Of a stretch of 64,000 nt of DNA, positions 1 to 17,605 are shown one piece after another. The stretch's first letter is position 1; each line of letters opens with the position of its first letter. Position numbers and translations under genes: made by a program. The notes under the pieces are model-generated. The model worked only from the letters and a program-made list of their open reading frames with translations. It ran no database searches and was not told where the DNA came from. Origin of the DNA: the human T2T-CHM13v2.0 reference genome, Homo sapiens; the NCBI RefSeq assembly GCF_009914755.1, contig NC_060925.1, one strand, 5' to 3'.

Positions 1-640
1 GACCTAAAACCAGCCTACCTGTAAATGAAAGGGCTGAGCTACTTGTATGAGAGCCTAAATTACCTCTTATCTTTAAAGATTGTACCTCTGAATTAGAACT
101 GAATCCATTGTGGACCATTATAAACAAGCTCACATTTAACTGCCTCTACTGCACCTATCCTATAAATAAACAAAAGAAGTCAGTGTCTGGGTTCAGTTAG
201 GCTCTTTAAATGTTTAATATTCAAATGAATGACAAAATAATCTAAAATTTCTAATCAATATTTTTAATTGCTGGAGTCTTAAGGTATGATTTAAACAAGT
301 TAATTGGGGAAATAATATAATAAGGAGATGGGAAGATGTTGCCATAGCACAGTCCATAATGCTAAGTAAAAATTTTAAAGTTGAACAAAACAGGGCAACT
401 AAAGTTAATCATCACATGCCACAGGTCCTATATTTTAGAACAGCCCCACTTGAATACTACCAATAAATTATTTTTAAGGTTTAGAGCATCTTTTTGTGTT
501 TTATTCTGCAGTATTGTCTTAAAAATACATTAAAATATTTAAAAAATTGAATCAGATCAGTGGTTGCTTTGGAGAGTGACTGACTGGGAAGGGTCACAAG
601 AGAAATTTCTAGGAAGATGGAAATGTTCTGTGCTTTAATT

Positions 641-950
641 TTTTTTTAATTAAAAAAAGTTTTTTAGAGACAGGGTCTTGCTCTGTGGCACAGGCTGGAG
701 TACAGTGGCACAATCAAAACTTATTACAACCTTGAACTCCTAGACTCAAGGGATCCCCTCACTTCATCCTCCTGAGTAGCTAAGACTACAGGTGTACCCC
801 GCTATGCCTGGCTTACTTTTTATTTTTTTGTAGAGACAGGGTCTTGCTATGCTGCCCAGGCTTGTCTTGAACTCCCCTGGGCTCAAGTGATTCTCCTGCC
901 TCAGCCTCCCAAAGTGGTGGGATTACAGGCATGAGCCACCATGCGCAGCC
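641..950 (-). mobile_element. AluJ
   Basis: Dimeric Alu with TSD tgttctgt..ttaat. Confidence 0.95.
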
Positions 951-1086
951 TGTTCTGTATCTTAATAGGGATGAGGCTTACACTAATGAATGCATTTGTC
1001 AAAGCTGAACAAACTGTACAACTTAAAATCTCAGCATTTCACTTTATGTAAATTCGATCTTGATAAGAAAATTTTAAAAATATATA

Positions 1087-1194
1087 TTTTTTTGAGACAG
1101 GGTCTTACTCTAGCACCCAGGCTGGAGTTCAGTGGCATGATCCCAGTTCACTGCAAACTCTGCCTCCCAGGTTCAAATGATCCTCCCACCTCAG
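1087..1194 (-). mobile_element. Alu fragment
   Basis: ttttgagacagggtcttactc..cctcccacctcag, truncated. Confidence 0.9.
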
Positions 1195-2150
1195 TGGATG
1201 ATAGTGAGGAAGAAATCAAGTAGGAGCCCCAAGTTTCTGGCTTGAGTAACTAGATGGATTCTAGTGCCATTTTCAAAAACACTGAAGGACAAAAACATTG
1301 GGGAAGGATGAGTTCAGTTTTGAACATGTTGAGAGTGAAGTGTCTATGAGTCATGCAAGTGATATTTAGCAGGCAGCTGTATGTACAGGTCTATGGCAGG
1401 AAAAACAGAGGTCAGAACTGGAGGTAGAGGTTTGGGAATCACAGGGAAAGTAACAAGCCATGGGAGTAGTCGTCATCACCTGAGGAAAAAAATTAGAGTG
1501 AGAAAAGGGTTTAGGACTGATCCCTGAGAATCTTCACTATTTAATGGTTGGGTAAAAAAAAGACAAGCTGATAAAAGAGAGCATGGAAGATCAGATAGGG
1601 TAGAAGAAAACGAGAATGTTGTAACACAGAAATCATGGAAAGGATTTTGAGAAGAGAGTGGTCAATGGTGTCAAAGGTTGGAGACTGGAAAATATCCATT
1701 GGATTTAGTAACATGGAAGTCACTGTTGACCTTGATAAGAGCAACTTCATGGGAGAGAAGCCAGACTGGAGTAGGCTGAAGAGTAGGAGGTGTGATATTA
1801 AAGACAACCAGGTAGATACCTCTTAAGACAAGTTAGACTATGAAGGGGAGGACAGACATAGAGCATTAGGAGCCTTGAGGCAGAGGTTTTTTAAAGCCAA
1901 GAGAAACTAGCACATGTTTAAATGTTGACAGAAAAGTGAGGTGTTGACAGCTAAATAGCACAAAGGTTCCTGAGAGGTTGGAAGGGAGAGATCCAAAGAG
2001 GGGACAAAGGGGCTGGACTTGGACTCAAGGAGAGACACCAACTCCGCTGTCCCTAGAGCAGAAGGAAGAGTGTAAGGATGGATGCACATCTGAGGGTGGG
2101 GAGGTGGGACAGCTTCTACCAGATGATTTCTGTTTTCTCTGTCTTTCAGA
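1195..2150 (-). mobile_element. L2 LINE fragment
   Basis: gatgagttcagttttgaacatgttgag, ccattggatttagtaacatggaagtcactgttgacctt, agaagccagactggagt. Confidence 0.85.
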
Positions 2151-3544
2151 ATTAAGAGAGAGAAACTTAAAGCAGAAAAAGTATTGTAACCTAGATCGAT
2201 TTTTCCATCTATTAATAATTTTAAATTACAAAACATTTCCAAATTCAGGAAAAAATATCCATATAGAAAATTAGGAAAGTAATATAAAAGGCAGCTCTGT
2301 ACCCACCACTAAATGTAAACAGATGTCAACAGTTTGCTACATTAAAACTCTTTTCTAAGAGGAAATAAAATGTTATGACTACACCTAAACCCTCTCTCCA
2401 TAAATTCCCCATCTTTTCCTTCATCTGCAGAGGAGAATACCTGAAATTCAGTATGTCTCATTCTATATATATTTTTGTGTCTTTACTACACAAAATACCA
2501 ACTTATATAAAACACAAAATGCTATGTGCTTTGTGCTATGAGGCACAAAGATAAAATAAAAGCTGTACATCAAAATGAGGTGCCCAGAAAATACACACAA
2601 TAAAAGCCAAACGGGTCCAGGCTGGTTCTCCGATGCCTCACCATCCCTGAGTCATATCTGGGGTCAAGAGGAGGGAGGATTTGCAGAGGTTTCTTTGGAG
2701 AGATGTACTTGTTCTCCTGTGATCACTCTGGAAAGGAAGGAGTTGGGAGATGCTTCCTGGCCTCAAGCCCAGAAAGAGTGGCTTTCACAGGACAACTCAC
2801 CAACTCAATATGTATATCCAGGAATTGGGGAAACAGTAGGACTGGACTCTGACATAAGCCCAAGCGAAGATGTTCTGATTATTGGCCCTAGGTGTAGAGC
2901 AGAGAGTGTCACTCAGATTTCAACAAGCTGCAACCTAGGCATCCCAAAAGGTAGAACAGAATTTCTCTGTATCTGCTTTTCAATAACAGCAATCATTTTA
3001 AGTAACTTGACTACCAGGGTGTAGGGGGGAATAAAAGGACTGCCCAAGTGCTTTAGTTGGAACCTCATTTACAAAACATAAGGAATTAAATGAATAGATT
3101 ATTTTCAGAGTTTATAAAGTGCTTTGGCATTCTTCACATTAGTATCTTTCCCTTTGTACAGTCTAAAGCAGGAGTCTTTGCCTTCTTTGTACCAAATAAA
3201 TCACGAGTGGTCAGGCAGCTAAGAGACGGGAAGGGCTCCTTCCATCTAAGAACCTAGGGCAAGCTCTTTGTGTTCAAAGTTCTTGTTGATTCCGAGCAAG
3301 TAAAACCTTCAGTTTGGTCAAACATTCTTTCTTCAACACGTGGGTGTTTGGAAAATTTTATCAGTACTTTGCTATTAAAATTCTCACCTAACTACAAATC
3401 CTCTATGCCACAGAGAAATTTAAAGGGTTCTTATTTACTCACCATAACAAGTATGATTTATTGTTCATAATTGTTGATCTCTTGAGTCAGAATTCAATGG
3501 ACTGATCTCTTGAATCACAGTCAGCTGATAACATTCTTTAATTG

Positions 3545-3650
3545 TACGTTGCCAGGATCCACCCCTAGACCTACTGAATCAGAATCCGTAGGGAGTAAGC
3601 CTGAGAACATGCATCTTACAAGCTCTTCAGGTTATTCACATTAAATTTAG
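3545..3650. mobile_element. MER5A fragment
   Basis: ccacccctagacctactgaatcagaatc..catgcatcttacaagctc. Confidence 0.75.
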
Positions 3651-4330
3651 GGGGAAAGTGTATAGACAAAAGCTAAATAGGCACCTCTCAGAAATACCTG
3701 TCTAGTTTACTAAAATGAGATTGTAGCAAACATCTACCAACAATAGTGCCAGTGACTAGAGTGCATCATTCAAAGGTCCTTTCCATTCCAAGATTCCATT
3801 CCTTTATAAATAATTTAATAATAAATAATTATTATTAAAATAAATATGCTATAGTTCTTAAAAATTTGAACCAGTAATTTTACTTAAAATTGCATTTTTT
3901 TATTTTGAGATAATGGTGCAATGATATGCAGCTGTAAGAAAGAATACAGAGATCCCTTTGCACAGTTTTCCCCATATTGACATTGATACAATCTACTGAT
4001 TTTATTCAGACTTCCTGTTTTACTTGTACTCTTGTCAGGGGGGTGTAGGGGATGTATTTATTTTTATACAATTTTATCATGTGTAGGTCTATGTCTCCAC
4101 TATTACAGTCAAGCACACAACCACTCCATCACTACTAGTATCCCTCATGTTGCCTTTTTATAGCCACATCCACCTCTATTACCTCCCCCATTCCCTGGCA
4201 ACCGTTAATCAGTTCTCCATCTCTATGATTTCAAGAATGTTAAATAAATGGATTCATACAATATGTAAACTTTGAGACTGGCTTTTTTTCGGCAAGCATA
4301 ATTCCCTGGAGATTCATTCAAGTTGTTGTA

Positions 4331-4696
4331 TGCTATGGTCTGAGTGTCTGTGGCCCTCTCAAAATTAATGTTAAAACCTAATGTCCATTGTAATTGTATG
4401 AGGAAGTGAGTTTTGGGGAGGTGACTAAAACATGGGGGCAGAGCCCTCATTAATTGGATTAATGCTCTTATAACAGAGGCCCCAGAAAGCTGTCTTGTTC
4501 CTTCCACCCTGTGGGAACACATCTAGAAGGTACCATTTTATGAGCCAGGAAATGGATTTTCACCAGACATTGAATCTGCAGGTACCTTGTTCTTGAACTT
4601 CCCAGCCTCTAAAACTTTGAGAAATAAATTTCTGTTGTTTATATGAGCCGCCCAATTTATGGTACTTTGTTACAGCAGCCTGAAGAGACTAAGACA
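4331..4696 (+). mobile_element. MLT1A-like MaLR solo LTR nested in L1MC
   Basis: tgctatgg...gactaagaca termini, gagaaataaatttctgttgttta motif, degenerate TSD ttgta/ttaca. Confidence 0.85.
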
Positions 4697-4927
4697 TTAC
4701 ATGTATCAACAGTTCCTTGCATGGTATTGTTAAATAGTATTCTATATTATATACGTACCATAGTTTGTTTAACCTACTGAAGGACATCTGAGCTGATTCC
4801 ACTTTTGGGGTATTACAAATTAAGCTACTATGCATATTTATATGAAGGTTTTTATGTTAAATTTTCATTTCTCTGGAATAAATGCTCAGGAGTATAATTG
4901 CTGGGTCATATGAAAGTTACATGTTTA

Positions 4928-5247
<320 letters not shown>

Positions 5248-6026
5248 TTAGTTTTTAAAGAAACTGCCAAACTATTTTGCAGAGTAGTTATACCATTTTA
5301 TACTCTCAACAGCAATGTATGAGTGATCCAGTTTCTCCACATCCTTACCAACATTTGTTGTCATTGGTTTCAATTTGTTTTAATCACAACACTACACATT
5401 TTAAAAATAAGGAATGAAATGTATCGATATAAGGATACTTATTAGGAAGAGAAGTGGACTTGTTACGAGAATGTTTAAGTTGCTGCCCCATCCCCAGCAC
5501 TTACTAACACAGACTAACTTAACACTAAAGTTGTGATAGGTTTGTGGGCGTTAGTTTTTTATATGATTCATAACTTACAAATATTATATTCATAACTTAC
5601 AAATAACATATATATAATATATATGCCAAACATTAATGTAATTTTAAAAGAAGATCTCTCATTATAGGTCCAAAAAATTCCCTCAGAACTAAAGGGGAAA
5701 ATGCAGAGAACTAAAGTGTTATATGAATATATAGGTGTAATTTTCAAAATACTATAGAATGTTAGATACCTATAAAAAACATATTAGATCACTTTCAAGA
5801 CCCACATACCCTCTTATCCAAGGCTTGATGAGTCCAAAGATCTAGAGCTTAGAGTCCAACATTCTCACTCAAATTTTCTCCAAAACCCAAGTGGTTATAA
5901 AAAACTAAAAGTCAGAGGCCAGATTTAATAATCTAAAATATGCACTTCTTTTTCCCTGATGGAGCTATACCTAATACATTAGACTACCAGCCACAACATC
6001 ATGTATCTATATATATAAGCCATAGA

Positions 6027-6310
6027 GGCCAGGCACAGTGGCTCACGCCTACAATCCCAGCACTTTGGGAGGGCGAGGAAGGAGGATCACTTGAGTCCAG
6101 GAGTTTGAGACCAGCCTGTGCAACACAGCAAGACCCTGTCTCTATGAAATAAAAAAAAAAAATTAGCTAGGCATGGTGGCATGCATCTGTATACCCAGGT
6201 ACTCAGGAAGCTAAGGCAGGAGAATTGCTTAAACCCAGGAGGTCGGGGCTGCAGTGAGCAGCCTGAGTGACAGAGTAAGACCAAGAAAAAGAAAAAGAGA
6301 GAAAAAAAAA
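6027..6310 (+). mobile_element. AluJ with right-arm deletion
   Basis: Dimer; gcagtgagc is joined directly to agcctg. Confidence 0.92.
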
Positions 6311-7609
6311 GATAACAGAGTTAATCAGGCCATTATTTACAGCTATCTTATTCATGCCAAAACATGTTAGCTTCCTTTTTTAAAATCAAGTCACCAAGAT
6401 GAGGTGTTAGCTTTCTAATTGCAGGATAAAATTCAATATTTAATGACTACAATACTGCAGTTTACACAATTTATTCCCAAGCTACTGATTGCTTCAACCC
6501 CAGGTCAGTCACCTAAGTTGACAGCAGCCCTGTATGTTTGCTCTAGTACTTTACAAATTATCATTCTTTTATACCATGATGTGAAAAAAAAAAGGGGAAA
6601 ATACTGGTCTATTCATTTGTGTACCTAGTTGGAGAACATTTCTGCTTCGAGAAGACAGATTCTCAGTCAATAAATAAAAGATGGCAAAAATATCCATTTT
6701 GTCTTTCCTATTATTGGCTCCTTTTGTATTAATTAGGGTGAAAGTAGAGTTCTTTGCATGTTCCATGACACATTCTTTATAAGCAAATTAAATAATCTCT
6801 AAAGTTCCTTCTTGCTCCATGAGCTGTAACTGAATTATTTTATTGAACTGACACACAGAGGGCAGCAGTAAGTAATATACTGTATATGATACGTTATGTG
6901 CCTGGGGGCCTTAGCCAACTTCTCTGCCGCATAGCTCTCCCTCTAGCAAAGCTTTTTATTTTGGCCCTCTCTGCCTGTCTCCTCTGATCTGTATCTTTCT
7001 TTCTCCTCCTGCCAGAGCTTTCTTCCCATTTTGTCAGACTTAGAAAATCAAGAATAGATCAATATTACCATTCTGGAAAAAGGTAAGCTAATCAGCAAGA
7101 AGTCCTTAAACCCAATGTGTAAACAAATGGGATGTCTTGCCATACATACTCTGAGGCATTCATTCAATCAAAGCACACAATATTTTGAAGTCAAAGAAAA
7201 TCAGTGAAATGATTATTAGAATATGCAGAGAATATAATATACATAGACACTCCATCACTGCAATTTCTTTTTCTCAGTTGTCTCTCTCTCTGACATCCAA
7301 TTTGGGACAGGAAAGGAACTAAGGGTATAGAAAAAGTTAGGAGCAAAAGGCAATGGAGAAGAGAAACAGGTACCTAAAACAGTGCCTGACACATACTAGA
7401 TTATCAGTAGACATCTGTCAGATGAATTGGATTAACGAGCATTAAAGGAAAGAAAACATTTTAAAAATGTAACAGTGGGGAAAAAAACCCACAGTGTAAA
7501 ACAATGGCTTGTTCTAGGTTGTCTTTGTATTATCAACATTTTAATTATTAATCACATGTGAAGTTCTTTTATACGAGCTTCCCCTTAAAGTGGAAATAGG
7601 AAGACATCA

Positions 7610-8390
<781 letters not shown>

Positions 8391-8852
8391 TTATCTTCCC
8401 TTGCTCTCATAGCCTGCAGCTACAACACAGCAATATCTGTAGATCTCTCTCCACTACCACACAATTCAGGACTAAGGAGGACAAAATGGCATGCCCTAAA
8501 CATGTGAGTCCGTGTATTTAATATTTACAGACTTCAGATCCATGAGCGAGTAGTTTACTTGAAGAAAATGGAGGAAATTTATACACATACAGTTACAGTC
8601 TCTCTCTATAAAATATAATTAAAATATATACCATTACCAATCAATGAGAATAACAAAGGCAAGATGCAGTGTAGTAAAGGAAATAATACAGGAACTTCAT
8701 TTTACATACAGTTAATGTATCTCAGGGTAATTATCAGCTTTCCCTAATGATAGTGATGACAGTATCAGTAAGAATAGTTAGCATCTATTCTTGGGTTTCC
8801 TATTTAACAAGCACTGTGTTAAGAACTGGAAGGGGATGTCAAAAGATCATCT

Positions 8853-9807
<955 letters not shown>

Positions 9808-11331
9808 AATCCATCTTTTGTAATATGAATAAATCAATCAATACCACTTTCTGATTTTTCTTAACAATCTCTGAAAATGGAGTCTACAATCTCCCCCAGG
9901 AGGCCATTCCAGTATCATTTACCCTGACAATGTTCATTTTTATAAGTCTCTAAGAAAGTAGAGGTTTCCTTATTTCCTACAATGTAATTATTTTGGTCCA
10001 TGAGAAGAAAGGGGCTCAGATTCCAGAGTTCTTCCTTCTTTTTGCTGCAAAACTCTCAGAATAACGATAATCTAAATTAACTGACAATCTGAAACTCAAA
10101 TTTTTCCTATGTACTGGAAAAGCATTCAATAAAATGTCAAAACTTCCCCATAATTCCAATACACTAGAACAGCTGTTTTCATTATCCACTTTCCTTTCTA
10201 GTTGTCCACATGCAATTCATTTTATACACAGCTGTAATCAGTGTACATATAATTGTGTATTCTTTTCTCTCTGTACTGTAAACATTCAATGTTGTTAACA
10301 TAGTTTTTATAATAGTCATTTTCAGTGTTGCAATAATATTCTAACTAGTTGATGTATCATTATTTACCTAACTCTTCCCCCTATGTTGACTTTAAAGTTT
10401 TCTTTCCCCAACTTTTCAGCATCTAGACAAGGCTATATATAGATTTTTTAGATTTTCATTCTTTTGAATTATTTCCTTAAGTTGTTTCTCAAAAATAGAG
10501 TTCTCAGGTCATACAGTATCAACATTTTTATGGCTTTTGCTTTCCAAATCATTATGAGTTTTTCAACACTACTTTGCACTATGTCGGTAGTGGGGTGTGT
10601 ACGAGTATGTACACATATAGATAGATAGGTTCATTTAATAGACCTGAAATGGTAGAAAAGGCTCTATTCCTGACTTCATTTTTCAAAATTGAACCATCTT
10701 TACTTTTCAGTTACGAAAACAGCAAATGCTCGTTGTCAAACTTAAACAATTTATAAACTATATAAATAGAAAGTGAAAGGTTCCCCCATTCTTCTTTTGG
10801 AGGATTAAAACACACCTCCTCCTAAGTTTGAATTTACATAAGTGTAAAATGTATTTACTGATCAAAGGCTCTAGGAAGGTATGCATAGAAACTCCCATGG
10901 TCTGCCAAAAGTCCACACTAGCTCAATAGAAGAATACCCAACCAGAGAGCTGTGGGAATGGGAGGAACTAGTGGAGCAAGGAGAAGGTTTGGGTTCCTAC
11001 ATTCCATAAGGAAAAAGGCAGAGGCTGTGGTGGATTTTTGAGAATAAAGAGATGAAAGGACAGGCTAAGATAGTCCCTGTGTAGTATGGACTGAGAGTAG
11101 TTTGGCAGAAATCCAGAGACCCATTTTATATAAACAATAAACAATCTGTTTTATATAAACAATAAGGCAAACTGAATATCTAAAGATACAAATAAAAATA
11201 GTGGAAAATAAGTGTTAACTAAAGACATAACACATAGGCTCCCATCCTTAGTAGAGAATAAGAAAATAAATGTATTTATTATAAAGAAAAATACATTTGT
11301 TTTTTGTTTATATTACAAGGCTTAAAGATGA

Positions 11332-11673
<342 letters not shown>

Positions 11674-11913
11674 TAAACTACAGAACATCAAGAAATTTCT
11701 CATTTATAAATACATTCCTCAATTTTGCATTTTCCATGCTCAGTTAGCTCTTATGGAACTTGTTTTTCTTAAGCCAAAAATCAGGTTGTCTCTTTCTAAT
11801 TACGCACTCTCCTAATCATTCCTATAACTCCATCAAAATTGTGCTTATACCCCACCTTTACAATTTTGGTTGGCAGCAGTCTGTAGATTGCTTGGTAAGT
11901 GCTGTATCTAAAC

Positions 11914-12265
11914 GAGCAGTCCCCAAACTTTTTCACATCAGGGACGGGTTTCGTGGAAGACGGTTTTGCAACAGATGGGGTGGGGAGTGCGGGTGAGGTG
12001 GGGAGATGTTTCGGGATGAAACTGTTCCACCTATGATCATCAGGCATTAGATTTTCATAAGAAGGGGGCAACCTAGATCCCTCGCATGTGCAGTTCACAA
12101 CAGGGTTCCAGCTCCTGTGAGAATCTAATGCCACCGCTGATCCGGCAGGAGGCGGAGCTCAGACAGTAATGCTGCTGGCCCACCACTCTCTTCCTGCCGT
12201 GCAGCCTGGTTCCTAACAAGCCATGGGCTGGTACTGGTCTGCAGCCTGGGAGTTGGGAACCCCTG
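11914..12265 (+). mobile_element. MER1B hAT-Charlie DNA transposon
   Basis: Terminal inverted ends cagtcccc.../...ggaacccctg, 8-bp TSD atctaaac/ctctaaac, MER1 core caacctagatccctcgcatgtgcagttcacaa. Confidence 0.9.
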
Positions 12266-13366
12266 CTCTAAACTCTCTGTGTGGATATATTCTGTATCCT
12301 CAACAAGACTATAAACTCCAGGGAGCATCTTCTTTTTCATTCTCATCTACCTATACAATAAACACTAAAATATAGCTAGATGACCACAGAACTTTGTATA
12401 AAGCAATACACGGCTTCATGTTTGGATTATAAATATCATCAGCTATATTAGAGACCTTACCATTCTCTTAACTAAAAAGTCACCCAAACATAAAAGAAAT
12501 ATTTTGGCACTTAAAATATTGCCTACTATCCTAGCTTCATCTCTCACCACCGCTTGTATCATCATTCTACTGAACTTAATGCTGCAACAATACCAAAGTA
12601 CTTATTGTTTCTGGAAGACATGGTCCTTTCACTTCTCTAGGCCTTTGCATATTCTCTTTCTTCTTTCGAAGTACCTTTCACTGACCTGAGCATGGAGAGT
12701 GTCTTTTCACCCTTGATAACTCACTCAGAAGTCACCTTCTCCAGGATACCCCGTACACCCTAAGAATTCTATCATGCTTTCCTCTGTGCTATCTCTATAT
12801 CTGGAACACACTTTGATTATTACTCTGAGTATACTATGCTATAATTAACCTCCTTACGTTTATTTACTCCATTAGATGCAAATCCAGGCTCAGTAAAAAT
12901 TTATCCAGACAAGGATGAATGAGAAGGAAGAATAAAGAAATGGAGGGAGGGAGACCCAGGGAAGTTTCTTCTGCACAGGAACCATGTCTTACTCATTTCC
13001 ATATATCTAAGGGACAAGGCAGTACTTAGGATACATGGGTGCTCATCAAAATGTTTGATAAATTGATTTGACATCAATCTTAAAGGAAAACGAATGCCTT
13101 GGCAGATAATTCTTATCAAATGGAAAACTGCCATTAATCGACATCATGTAATATTTGAGCCAAATCTATTGTGTTGTACACAAGTATATCACAGGCTCAA
13201 CTTGAGACCCTATAGAACCTACTAACTGACAAGAACTAAGCTAAACATTCAGAATTCAAAGATGCATGAGACATGATACTTTCCCTCAATCAACTCATAG
13301 TTTAGATGGGGACTCAGGTAAGTAAAAAGATAATTACCATCTAATATGATAAAAATTATATCCAAG

Positions 13367-13722
13367 TGATATGATTTGTCTGTGTCATCACCCAAATCTC
13401 ACCTTGAATTGTAATAATCCCCATGTGTCAAGGGCGTGGCCAGTGGAGATAAATGAATAATGGGGGCAGTTTCCCCTATACTGTTCTCATGGTAGTGAAT
13501 AAGTCTCATGAGATCTGATGGTTTTATAAATGGGAGTTCCCCTGCTACAAGCTCTCCTTGCCTGCCACCATGTAAGATGTGACTTTGCTCCTCCTTTGCC
13601 TTCCACCATGATTGTGAGGCTTCTCCAGCCACGTGGAACTGTGAGTCAATTAAATCTCTTTCCTTATAAATTACCCAGTATCGAGTATGTCTTTATTAGC
13701 AGTGTGAGAAGGGACTAATACA
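13367..13722 (+). mobile_element. THE1 (THE1B-like, ERVL-MaLR) solo LTR
   Basis: tgatatg...gactaataca termini, THE1 core gtctcatgagatctgatggttttataa, 5-bp TSD ccaag/ccagg. Confidence 0.92.
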
Positions 13723-15939
13723 CCAGGACATGTTCAGAGTAACCATGGTACAAAGAAGAGATACATATCTAGCTGGAGGTGATACAGGCAGAGGGAATTC
13801 TGAAAGGACTTCTTGGAGAAGATAGTTTCTTAACTCTACCTTAGAAGATTAACAGATGTTTTAACATGGTTGATTGGTGAGTTAGTCCATGAAGCAGGGA
13901 ACACTTGTTCTGTGGCTCCAGCATCCTCCTAGGAAAAAACTCATTCTAAAGGAAAGTGAATCTAAGCACATAAGCTAGGGTAAAGACAATGGGTTGGTAC
14001 TGCAGAGGCAGGGCAATACATCGCTTGAACTAGACCAGCTGAAGAACCAAACCAAAGAACTGAGTCTCAGAGAACATTGGGTATCAGAGCATGGGGGTGG
14101 CAGTAGATTTTGCATAGGAGCCAGAGAGTAAGAGGAAGGAAAGAGGTGTGGGGCATGGTATCTCAGAGAAAAACATTCATGGAATACAGGCTGGGGGAAA
14201 TGGCCACCCACAGAGTAGTCTAGAGAATTGTAGTCAAAGGCAAACTTGAGCTATCCCTGGGACTCCCTGGACTAGTTGGGGAAGGGGTTGGAGGAAGCCG
14301 GTTTCCACAGTTAGGAGGGTAATGCAGAGCCAAAGAAATGCTACTTGCTGCTGTTACTGACACTTTAGTATTTTTTTTTAATCCCAAGTTGCTTTGTTCT
14401 AGGTTGCATAAGAAAAGCGTGAGACACAATTTCAGCCCTCAGACACTGTTTATTTCAGGAGTTTATAACTGTATTGAGAAAGCAATTGTGTTTTGGTTTT
14501 TAATTGCTATAGAAACACACTCAGGATGGACAAATTGTGAACGATGTCCCAGAAAAGGAGAGCCCAAAGGAGAGAACACAAAGATGACCATATCAGACCA
14601 AATCCAGAGGAAGTATGTAGAAAATGCAATGTGTTGCAAAAAAATTGACATAAGTATAAGGTAGCATATATAGGCTTACTAATTAGAAAGGAGAATTTGC
14701 TAGTCGGGAGTAAAACAATAAGACAATTTGCTACATCCTAAGTGCTTTTGAGGACAGGAGGACGGTGGGACCTGAGGAACCTGGCTCAGTGGGAGAGCAA
14801 CTGTGCGTCAGTCTTGGGCAGGACATCTCTGGAGTGGAAGTACTGTCTGGAGAAAGACCAGCTCCTCGGAGTTGGGCAGTAGGTAAGAACAGGATCCAAA
14901 GTGAAGGCTAAAAGTTTGATCCTGCCTCTATTTTCAAGTACCAAACCAGGGTAGTCAGTAAGATAGTGAAAGCAAGTCATCTATAAAAGGTACAAGGAAA
15001 GGGACCAGGAGTTCTATCCTCAGCCCTTGGCTCTCCACCTAAAGAACAATTACCTGGAAAGCCCTCAAGCTTGAAGGTCATCAGAATGTGCTCTAATTGT
15101 TTGCCTCAGATTGGAGGTTACTGCACAAAGAAATTAAGACCTCACATTTATTTATTTATTTTTTTTTCCTGGTAGAGCAGTCACAAAGAACTTAACGTCT
15201 GTTTTTAAAATTTAAGAATTTTAAATCTAAAAAGGTTAGTATTTTAAATGTTCCTTTTTACATTGTTTAAGCTAATACTACTATTTAAATAATATTTATG
15301 TTCTCTAGTTTAACTGTTTAATTAAAATCTTAATTGTTTTTGGCTTTCGTTTCACTATTTTGTATGCCCTTTTGCTTAGTTAACAGCATTTTAATCAATT
15401 TTCCTTTATCTATAGTTTTATTGAAAAATACATGCTCATTTCAAAAGTAGAAGATTTGAAAATCACAACTTAGTAGTCATTTAATTTTTTAACATTTGAA
15501 ATATTTCTTTTCAGTTTTTTTGGAGAAATTTTTCTTTTCTTTTTTTTTTAGCATTATTGTACTGTAATCTTATTTAATTGAACTTCTGGATCTTGTGGTA
15601 AATAATGCCTCAGGGAGAGGGTTTTCCAGACGAATTATTTGCGCCCAACTACACAATTTCGTCCGGGGAGAATAACTCATGAGGGAACTGTTTGCTTTTA
15701 AGTGTAATCCAGATGCCAACACGACACACATTTCTGCAGACTCATCCATGGACACGGTTCAATCAATGCGGTTTGCTAAGATGAGGATTCTAAGAACTCG
15801 GGAGGGCCCTATACTTGCTGGCAGTCCTCTGGAAGTCTGAAGGTGTTTAGTAACATAAATCCTATTCTTAAGTTCATTTTGATTTGTCTTTCAGTCAATT
15901 AAAACTTTGTTCATTTGTTTTAGTTCTCCAAGAAGGCTA

Positions 15940-17000
<1,061 letters not shown>

Positions 17001-17605
17001 CTTAACAGGCTTCCATCTGGGGCAGGTCTGCTAAACTCAAATCCAACCATCAGGCTTAGTGTTACACAGAAATGATGGAATATTTCGAAACAAAACAAAA
17101 CAAAACAAAAACGAAACTACAATCTCCAGCATATTACTTGAGACTCTTTTCGTTATTAGTCCATGGAAAGTCTATCTCTAATTGGCTTCAACTGAAACAG
17201 AATTTAGGGACTCAAATAACATACCTCTCCATTTATTTAAATCTTTTTAAATTTCTCTCAGCAGTATTTTATACTTTTCAGTGTAGAGGTGTGCATGTTT
17301 GTTAAATTTATTCTTAAGTATTTTTGATGCTATTAAAAGATAATTGGTTTTTAAATCTTATTTAAGTAAAAACAGTTAATTTTTTATTGCCCTTGTATCT
17401 CAAGACTTTGTTAAATTTACTTATTGTTTATAGTAGTTTTAAAATTGATTCCTCAGGATATTCTACTATATAAATAATCTGAGAATAGGGAGCTTTTACT
17501 TCTTCCTTTTTAATCTTTTTTTTTTTTACTTCTCCTTGCCTTATTGCATTGGCAAGGACATTCAGAAAAATGTTGAGTAGAAATTTTGAGAATGGTATCC
17601 TTGCC

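Noticed and set aside
2570-2960. 149-aa ORF 2575-3024 or LTR-like segment
   Set aside because: No recognisable protein similarity; probably an ancient LTR relic that I cannot classify by eye.
15571-15620. LDLVVNNA resemblance to the SDR-family NNAG motif
   Set aside because: Short motif only; the surrounding sequence lacks other SDR signatures and contains stops.
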